Below are positions 15,785 to 21,032 of a DNA stretch of 21,032 nt, one piece after another. The position numbers were made by a program, and so were the translations under genes. Numbering within the stretch: position 1 is the first letter of the stretch; the number at the start of each line of letters is the position of its first letter. The notes under the pieces were generated by a model. That model ran no database searches and was not told the origin of the DNA. It was given only the letters and a program-made list of their open reading frames with translations. Source of the DNA: a virus (Duplodnaviria; Heunggongvirae; Uroviricota; Caudoviricetes); IMG/VR virus record IMGVR_UViG_3300047445_000122. One strand, written 5' to 3'.

Positions 15785-16810
15785 ATGATCGACTTCAACA
15801 AACTGCGTCAAACCCGTGGCAACAACACCGCTGCTCTGCAACGTTCGCTGGAAAAAACCGAAGGTGGCTACCAGGAAGATCCACGTATCTGGAAGTACAC
15901 CCGCAACGCTGAAAAGAACATTTCCGTGAACACCATCCGCCTCCTGCCTATCGGCGCTGCCGACTTCAAGCTGGTTGAGGAAGGCCGCTTCAAGGAAGAA
16001 GACCTGACGCCGATGGTCAAGATTTTGAAGCACCAGTTCCAAGGCCCGAAAGGCTGGCTGGTCTCCAACAGTCCTCAGACCTTCGGTGAAGATGATCCGA
16101 TCAGCGAATGGAGCCGTCCACAGTGGGCTGCTATCAAGGGTAAAGACAAGGAAGACCCGGTTGTGAAGGCAGAGCGTGAGCGCCTGAAGGAATTCATCCC
16201 TTCCAGCGAATACTACGCCAACATTCTGGTCATCAAGGATGCTCAGAAGCCTGAGTTCAACGGCCAAGTGAAGCTGTTCAAGTTCGGTGAAGCCTTCCGC
16301 AAGTTCATCGACACTGCGTCCAACCCTCAGTTCGACAATGAAGTCAAGTTCGATCCGTTCGACATGTGGGACGGCGCGAACATCGAGCTGAACCTGACCT
16401 TCGAGGCCCGCAAGTTCAAAGGCCGCGATAGCTTTGTACCGAAATGGGAAAAGGTGAAGTGGGCTGACCGCGCTCCTCTGGGCGATGAAGACTTCATGCA
16501 AGAAATCTGGAACAAACAGCACTCGCTGCTGGAATTCCTGGATCGCAAGAACTTCATGAGCTACGATGACCTGAAGGCGAAATTCCACAAGGTCATGGGC
16601 ATGGACGAAAACGGCAATCCGACCGCTCCTGGCTCGACCCTGGGCAAGACCGCTGGTCAGTTCCTGGAACAGAAACCGGCTGCGGCCGCTGCTCCTGTTG
16701 CTGCCTCCGCGCCTGCTCCTGCGGCCGCTGCGAGTGCTCCAGCCGCTACCCCAGCCCCTGCTGCTGGCGGTGATGAACTGGCTGCTCTGGAAGCCCTGCT
16801 GGCTGGCTAA
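15785..16810 (+). CDS. gp32-like single-stranded DNA-binding protein
   Basis: FNKLRQT, EDPRIWK, IRLLP, HQFQGPKGW, YYANILVIKD..PEFNGQVKLFKFG, FDPFDMWDGAN, FMSYDDLK; Ala/Pro linker; AAGGA RBS. Confidence 0.95.
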   Translation: MIDFNKLRQTRGNNTAALQRSLEKTEGGYQEDPRIWKYTRNAEKNISVNTIRLLPIGAADFKLVEEGRFKEEDLTPMVKILKHQFQGPKGWLVSNSPQTFGEDDPISEWSRPQWAAIKGKDKEDPVVKAERERLKEFIPSSEYYANILVIKDAQKPEFNGQVKLFKFGEAFRKFIDTASNPQFDNEVKFDPFDMWDGANIELNLTFEARKFKGRDSFVPKWEKVKWADRAPLGDEDFMQEIWNKQHSLLEFLDRKNFMSYDDLKAKFHKVMGMDENGNPTAPGSTLGKTAGQFLEQKPAAAAAPVAASAPAPAAAASAPAATPAPAAGGDELAALEALLAG

Positions 16811-16828
16811 CAGACGAAGTAATACAAC

Positions 16829-16859
16829 AATGCTCCCGGAGAAATCTGGGGGCATTTTT
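16829..16859 (+). terminator. Terminator after gp32
   Basis: AATGCTCCCGGA-GAAA-TCTGGGGGCATT plus TTT. Confidence 0.85.
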
Positions 16860-17040
16860 GTTGTCTGTAAATCACAACACAAATCCGTCGAAAGTCAATT
16901 TTCGATCCTGTCTAGGACAGGCCTAGCGAGACACAAATCCACAACTCCATACCCTGGGTCAGCAAGTCAAGATCAATGGCTAACTCAACCACATCCAGTT
17001 GACGATATACTCCTTCCAATCTACATCTTCTGAAAATAAC

Positions 17041-17682
17041 ATGACCCAACGCAAGATCACTCTCGCCCTCGACATTGACCTGACTGTTGTGGACTCCTTG
17101 ACGCCATGGCTGGAATGGTTCAAGCGCCACACAGGCTTGAACTTCGATCCGCATCTGTATTGCCAGGAGTCGTACAACATGGCTCCGGCCATGAACAAAC
17201 TGGTGTTTGACATTGAGACCGAGCACGGCCTCAAGCTGGGGCTGAACGACGCCTATGACTTCTGGCGCCAGACTCGCCTCTACAACAACATGCGGCTGAT
17301 CGTGAACTGCGTCGATATTGTGGAACGCCTCCAAGCTGAATACGACATCAACCTGGTGTTCGTGTCGACCTGTGACCCTGATCATGAAGTGTCCAAGCGC
17401 GGCTTGATCGCCAAGAACTTCAAAGACTATGGTTTTATCAGCACCCATGACAAGGGATTCGTGGCCTATGACATTCTGGTGGACGACAACATCGACGTAC
17501 TGAGGAAGGCTCATGCTGTGCGTCCTCAAGCTGCGTATGTGGCTCATCGCCAGATCAACAAGTTCGGCGGGGCTGTACCTGAGTTTGCTTGGGTATCCCA
17601 CGCCTGGGACAACAATATGTATCAACTGCTCAAGACCCTCATTGAGAAACGCTTGGCCCGCCTTGAGGTTGACTTGGTATAA
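17041..17682 (+). CDS. HAD-superfamily 5'(3')-deoxyribonucleotidase-like phosphatase
   Basis: ALDIDLTVVD (motif I), FVST (II), K, DILVDDN (IV); ATG 17041 preferred. Confidence 0.85.
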   Translation: MTQRKITLALDIDLTVVDSLTPWLEWFKRHTGLNFDPHLYCQESYNMAPAMNKLVFDIETEHGLKLGLNDAYDFWRQTRLYNNMRLIVNCVDIVERLQAEYDINLVFVSTCDPDHEVSKRGLIAKNFKDYGFISTHDKGFVAYDILVDDNIDVLRKAHAVRPQAAYVAHRQINKFGGAVPEFAWVSHAWDNNMYQLLKTLIEKRLARLEVDLV

Positions 17683-17683
17683 T

Positions 17684-17758
17684 ACCACTTTACTTCATCG
17701 AATCAAGCTCCATATAATCGATCTCATCTGTAAACTACATCTGAAAGGAACTACCATG
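17684..17758 (+). promoter_or_regulatory. Degenerate repeat unit: promoter and RBS
   Basis: ACCACTTTACTT, TTTACT 17689-17694, 18 bp, TATAAT 17713-17718, CTGAAAGGAACTACC-ATG. Confidence 0.8.
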
Positions 17759-17938
17759 AATACCATCGAATTTGGACCGGCTCCAAGCCAACAACCGAAC
17801 GTCGAAGCAGTCATCGCCTCCATGGGCGCCATGTACCTGTGCCACCCGTCCAACCGTGTACGCCGCAAGACTCCGTTCCGCGCCACCGCCAAGTCGCTGC
17901 GCGCCGCCCTGGGTTCTGGTAAGAATGTGAGCCGTTAA
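17756..17938 (+). CDS. Hypothetical basic protein, 60 aa
   Basis: ATG 17756 follows the repeat-type RBS. Confidence 0.8.
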   Translation: MNTIEFGPAPSQQPNVEAVIASMGAMYLCHPSNRVRRKTPFRATAKSLRAALGSGKNVSR

Positions 17939-17939
17939 G

Positions 17940-18398
17940 ATGTCCGTAGCCAACATCCTCATCCGCAACCTGCGCGACAAGAAGGCTGAAGACAAGCGTA
18001 AGCGTGAGGCTGAGCGCCGCTGGCGTGCAGACAACATGGTTCTGATCGTGGGTGACTTCAACAAGTCCCTGAAGGAGGAACTGGAAGGCTATGACGCCCA
18101 GGTGTATATCAACGAGACCCAGAACAATGTGGACTGCTCGAATGGTGACAAGTTCTTCCTCACGGCCTCCAAGAATCACAGCAACATTCGTGTGGTCTTC
18201 CGCGTGTCCGATCCCAAGATCAGCTCTGTGGACTACATGAAGGTGTGGAATGAACAGATGGGCATCCTGCTGGGCGCCAAGGTAGTGCGTGAAGGCAAGA
18301 GCTACTTCTACATCCAGTTCATGTCGCCCCAGGCCGATGTAGCCAGCACCATCAAACGCATCATGACTCGCGTCCACCCGGCTGTCGCGATCCACTGA
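17940..18398 (+). CDS. Hypothetical protein, 152 aa
   Basis: Tight packing, codon usage, TGATG coupling. Confidence 0.85.
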   Translation: MSVANILIRNLRDKKAEDKRKREAERRWRADNMVLIVGDFNKSLKEELEGYDAQVYINETQNNVDCSNGDKFFLTASKNHSNIRVVFRVSDPKISSVDYMKVWNEQMGILLGAKVVREGKSYFYIQFMSPQADVASTIKRIMTRVHPAVAIH

Positions 18399-18604
18399 TG
18401 ACCAACCCTAACAGCATGGAGGAAACATACGTGTGTAGCCTTGAACAAGACAACAACCGCCTGGTACCAGTGAAAACTGTCACGGTGCCCCTGAGCGAGT
18501 ATCAGGAACTGCTCGCCGCCCAGCGCAAGCTCAACGCCCTCGAAGGCTCTGGCGTGGACAACTGGGAAGGCTACGATGAAGCCATGGGAAATATGGAACA
18601 GTGA
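18398..18604 (+). CDS. Small acidic protein with a GVDNWEGY motif
   Basis: VTVPLSEYQELL...LNALEGSGVDNWEGYDEAM; translationally coupled on both sides. Confidence 0.8.
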   Translation: MTNPNSMEETYVCSLEQDNNRLVPVKTVTVPLSEYQELLAAQRKLNALEGSGVDNWEGYDEAMGNMEQ

Positions 18605-18798
18605 CCATGTGCCGAATCAGCATCCCAATGGTTGTGACGGGCATTGACGATGGATACTCCAAGCATCACTCCCTGATCCAACTCAAGAATGATCTTGGAA
18701 TGGAGGCGACAGTTGTGGTGAGGTTTCCTCATCCCCATAACATCGGTGACAATAACAAGGTCACGTTCTCGATGGACAAGGCAGAGATTGATTGGTAA
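18601..18798 (+). CDS. Hypothetical protein, 65 aa
   Basis: GTGA overlap; ends just before a terminator. Confidence 0.7.
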   Translation: MTMCRISIPMVVTGIDDGYSKHHSLIQLKNDLGMEATVVVRFPHPHNIGDNNKVTFSMDKAEIDW

Positions 18799-18802
18799 CG
18801 AC

Positions 18803-18903
18803 AAGCGCCCTCCGGGGCGCTTTTATTTTGCCTGTACACTTTACTTCTTGAGAAATTGGGTCTATAATCGAGGCTCTTCTCAACTGAAAGGAACTATACC
18901 ATG
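18803..18903 (+). repeat. Repeat unit: terminator, promoter and partial leader/RBS
   Basis: AAGCGCCCTCCGGGGCGCTTTT 18803-18824; TTTACT 18840-18845, 17 bp, TATAAT 18863-18868; CTCAACTGAAAGGAACTATACC-ATG. Confidence 0.9.
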
Positions 18904-19302
18904 GAAGCAACCGTCAATACCTTCGCCAAGTTCGATCTGGAATTGATCAATACCTTCGTCCAAGCCCAGCGCCCTCATCAGGATAATCAGCCTGATGAGT
19001 TCGGAATTTGGTTGGATGGTCATGCCCAGTACCCATACGAGAAAGCCAAGTTTGTCCGCATCAGCAAGGACTTCTTCAATGAGTTGGGCTTCGGTAGTTC
19101 CTGGCCACTCCCGATTGACGAGAAGCAAGGCTATGCTCTATTCAGCGTTCACGGTGTCCATTACGAGGAACCAGACAGTGAGCCATACGAGACCGCGCTC
19201 ATGTTCTACTACGACAAGGACTACAGCAAGTGGATGTCGGTTGAAGTGAGCCACCCCTACCGTGGGATGACGTTTGTGGATACACCGATCAAGAAGAAAT
19301 AA
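18901..19302 (+). CDS. Hypothetical early protein, 133 aa (single-gene cassette)
   Basis: Bounded by repeat units. Confidence 0.85.
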   Translation: MEATVNTFAKFDLELINTFVQAQRPHQDNQPDEFGIWLDGHAQYPYEKAKFVRISKDFFNELGFGSSWPLPIDEKQGYALFSVHGVHYEEPDSEPYETALMFYYDKDYSKWMSVEVSHPYRGMTFVDTPIKKK

Positions 19303-19305
19303 GTC

Positions 19306-19418
19306 AAGCGCCCTCTGGGGCGCTTTTTTATTTTCTGAAACCACTTTACTTTCTCAATAAAGTGGTCTATACTCTCTTCATTGGTAGCGAAACTCAACTG
19401 AAAGGAAACCACATCATG
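19306..19418 (+). repeat. Repeat unit: terminator, promoter, full leader and RBS
   Basis: AAGCGCCCTCTGGGGCGCTTTTTT; TTTACT 19345-19350, 17 bp, TATACT 19368-19373; leader 19377-19399; ATG 19416. Confidence 0.92.
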
Positions 19419-19757
19419 TTTATCTCGATTCAAGGCGTTCAAGTTGTACCTTACAAGGCATATGTCCGTGCTTACCCTCTCCAGATTCGCGCTCGTGAGA
19501 CTATCGTGGGTGGTTTTCATCTGACGATGTCCATCACCGACTCCCCATCGGACGGTATGTACCAGACTGTCGATCATCCGGCCGTGTTTGAGACTGAGCA
19601 AGAGGCGTGGAAGTTTCAGAAGCTGGTGAATCGCAACCGCGACAAGATCAAGCTGAGCAACTGGATCGTTGGTAATCATCCGTGTGACGCCTGGCAGTCT
19701 AAGCCTGAAGATAACCCACTGTACTTCGGAGTTCACCGCCCAGCTCCAGCTTATTGA
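19416..19757 (+). CDS. Hypothetical early protein, 113 aa (single-gene cassette)
   Basis: Start moved to the ATG after the repeat RBS; bounded by repeat units. Confidence 0.85.
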   Translation: MFISIQGVQVVPYKAYVRAYPLQIRARETIVGGFHLTMSITDSPSDGMYQTVDHPAVFETEQEAWKFQKLVNRNRDKIKLSNWIVGNHPCDAWQSKPEDNPLYFGVHRPAPAY

Positions 19758-19759
19758 TG

Positions 19760-19893
19760 AAGCGCCCTCCGGGGCGCTTTTTCTTTGGGCGAAAATATTT
19801 TACGAAACCACTTTACTTTCTCAATAATGTGGCGTATGATTCTCTTCATTGGTAGCGAAACTCAACTCAACCCTGAAAGGCAACTACATCATG
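19760..19893 (+). repeat. Repeat unit: terminator, promoter, full leader and RBS
   Basis: AAGCGCCCTCCGGGGCGCTTTTT; TTTACT 19812-19817, 17 bp, TATGAT 19835-19840; leader 19845-19867; ATG 19891. Confidence 0.92.
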
Positions 19894-20826
19894 AAACTGT
19901 TCAAAACTCACACCGAAATGGCAAATGCAATCTCCGCAGCTCGCGCAGCCGCTCTGGTTGAAGCCAAGCAAAAGATCGAAGCCAAAGGCGGCTGGTATCA
20001 GTCCCGTGGTGCCTGGACTCTGACTGTAGGCAAGGAAGGCCGCTGCTCCCCGCGTGATGAGAGCGTGGCTAACACCGAATGGGAAACCAAGAAGGGTCTG
20101 GATGCGCTGATCGCCCTGGTACTGGAGAAGCACCCTGCTGTCTCTGAAATCTATGTGGAAGGTGGCTATGACTATGCCGCCTCCCTGATCGCCTATGAAG
20201 GCGGCGAGTATGACCCATGGGTCTCCGAGTGGAGCGTGAAGGTGTGGGAGCGTGACGGCGTTGTTGCTCCAGCCCCAGTAGTCAAGGCTCCTGTGAAAAC
20301 TGCTCCTGTAGCCCCGGTGACTCCTACTCCGCACAACCCGATTGTCGTGGCTCCTAACACCAAACTGATCGAAGCGTTTGTGAACAAACATTCCGACCTG
20401 CTGGGTATGCTGTACGGTCGCTGGCAGGATGAGTCTGAGTATGAGGACATCAACGAATACGGCGCACGCATCGCCAATGAGTTCCCAGAGGGCTGGAATC
20501 TGGTGAAGACCACCAAGCGTCCGTTCGGCGTTGTGATCCAGATCGGTGTTGAGCAACATCAGATCACTGTAGCAGCCACCTCGATCAAGTGGAAACGTCT
20601 GAAGGACGCAGCCCCAATCACCCCGGCTCCGACCGCCCCAGTTGCCGCAACCAAGAAGATCGGCATGCACAATCACAACGGCGTCCTGGTGGGCACCTAC
20701 GACAACCTGAACGCAGCGTGGTTGTCCGTGAAGTCTGAAGAAGGCCCACTGTCGAAGGAGCCGCAGACCCTGAAGGAATTCAATGACGCCCTGGCGTATG
20801 CTGATTGCTACGCCAAGGAAGTTTGA
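19891..20826 (+). CDS. Hypothetical multi-domain early protein with Pro/Ala/Thr/Val-rich linkers, 311 aa
   Basis: ATG after the repeat RBS; two low-complexity linkers. Confidence 0.88.
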   Translation: MKLFKTHTEMANAISAARAAALVEAKQKIEAKGGWYQSRGAWTLTVGKEGRCSPRDESVANTEWETKKGLDALIALVLEKHPAVSEIYVEGGYDYAASLIAYEGGEYDPWVSEWSVKVWERDGVVAPAPVVKAPVKTAPVAPVTPTPHNPIVVAPNTKLIEAFVNKHSDLLGMLYGRWQDESEYEDINEYGARIANEFPEGWNLVKTTKRPFGVVIQIGVEQHQITVAATSIKWKRLKDAAPITPAPTAPVAATKKIGMHNHNGVLVGTYDNLNAAWLSVKSEEGPLSKEPQTLKEFNDALAYADCYAKEV

Positions 20827-20862
20827 TCAAGCCCCGAAAGGGGCTCAACAACTGGAGGTAAT

Positions 20863-20952
20863 ATGCAACTTGTATTGAGTGGGCTGAAGGGCGAGACTAC
20901 GACAAGCCTGATGAGGTCCAGATGGATTGGGATGGAGGCAAGACTTTCATGA
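20863..20952 (+). CDS. Possible 29-aa peptide
   Basis: GGAGGT RBS; MQLVLSGLKGETTTSLMRSRWIGMEARLS*; ATGA overlap with the next ORF; preceded by the hairpin AGCCCC-GAAA-GGGGCT. Confidence 0.5.
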   Translation: MQLVLSGLKGETTTSLMRSRWIGMEARLS

Positions 20953-21032
20953 TATACAACGGAGGTCAACCAGGAGCACATATCACCAAGCGAGACTCTG
21001 ATATGTTCAAGAACGGTGGTTACACCCACATT
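20949..21032 (+). CDS. 5' end of a hypothetical gene running off the window
   Basis: GGAGG RBS, ATG 20949, open to the end of the window (MIYNGGQPGAHITKRDSDMFKNGGYTHI). Confidence 0.55.
   Translation, partial: MIYNGGQPGAHITKRDSDMFKNGGYTHI

Noticed and set aside
16675-16770. GCT/CCT-rich repeats in gp32
   Set aside because: Low-complexity Ala/Pro linker coding, not a separate DNA element.
1194-16882. Long antisense ORFs (1194-2234, 4670-5707, 6783-7505, 13313-14443, 15254-16882 and others)
   Set aside because: They mirror well-supported genes in frame, which is expected from biased codon usage; no RBS or motifs.
20908-20945. CTGATGAG followed by a short stem as a hammerhead ribozyme
   Set aside because: No GAAA after the putative stem II.

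Overview
A 21 kb segment of a large lytic T4-like myophage genome, only distantly related to T4; genus and host cannot be assigned from sequence alone. Core genes present: a free-standing GIY-YIG/NUMOD3 homing endonuclease, uvsW helicase, a gp26-like and gp51-like baseplate hub pair (the only minus-strand genes), class I ribonucleotide reductase nrdA/nrdB, a RuvC-like resolvase, a SleB-type cell-wall hydrolase, a Pol-beta-fold nucleotidyltransferase, an FmdB-like zinc ribbon, gp33, a MazG-like protein, gp32 SSB and a HAD nucleotidase. The core block is flanked by two accessory islands (about 2.4-6.5 kb and 17.7-21 kb). Both are built from gene cassettes separated by a repeated unit of about 110 bp: terminator, sigma70-type TTTACT-17-TATAAT promoter, identical 23-nt leader and RBS. 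Main points of interest: this cassette system (mosaic copies, an operator-like palindrome, invariant mRNA 5' ends); two genes that appear to start at AUA/AUU; a glutaredoxin domain inserted inside NrdA; a gp51-like ORF with no good start that may be reached by a -1 frameshift; and a candidate CTAA(G/C)TA late promoter. No tRNA, rRNA or CRISPR array was seen. All family assignments come from motif recognition, not database searches.
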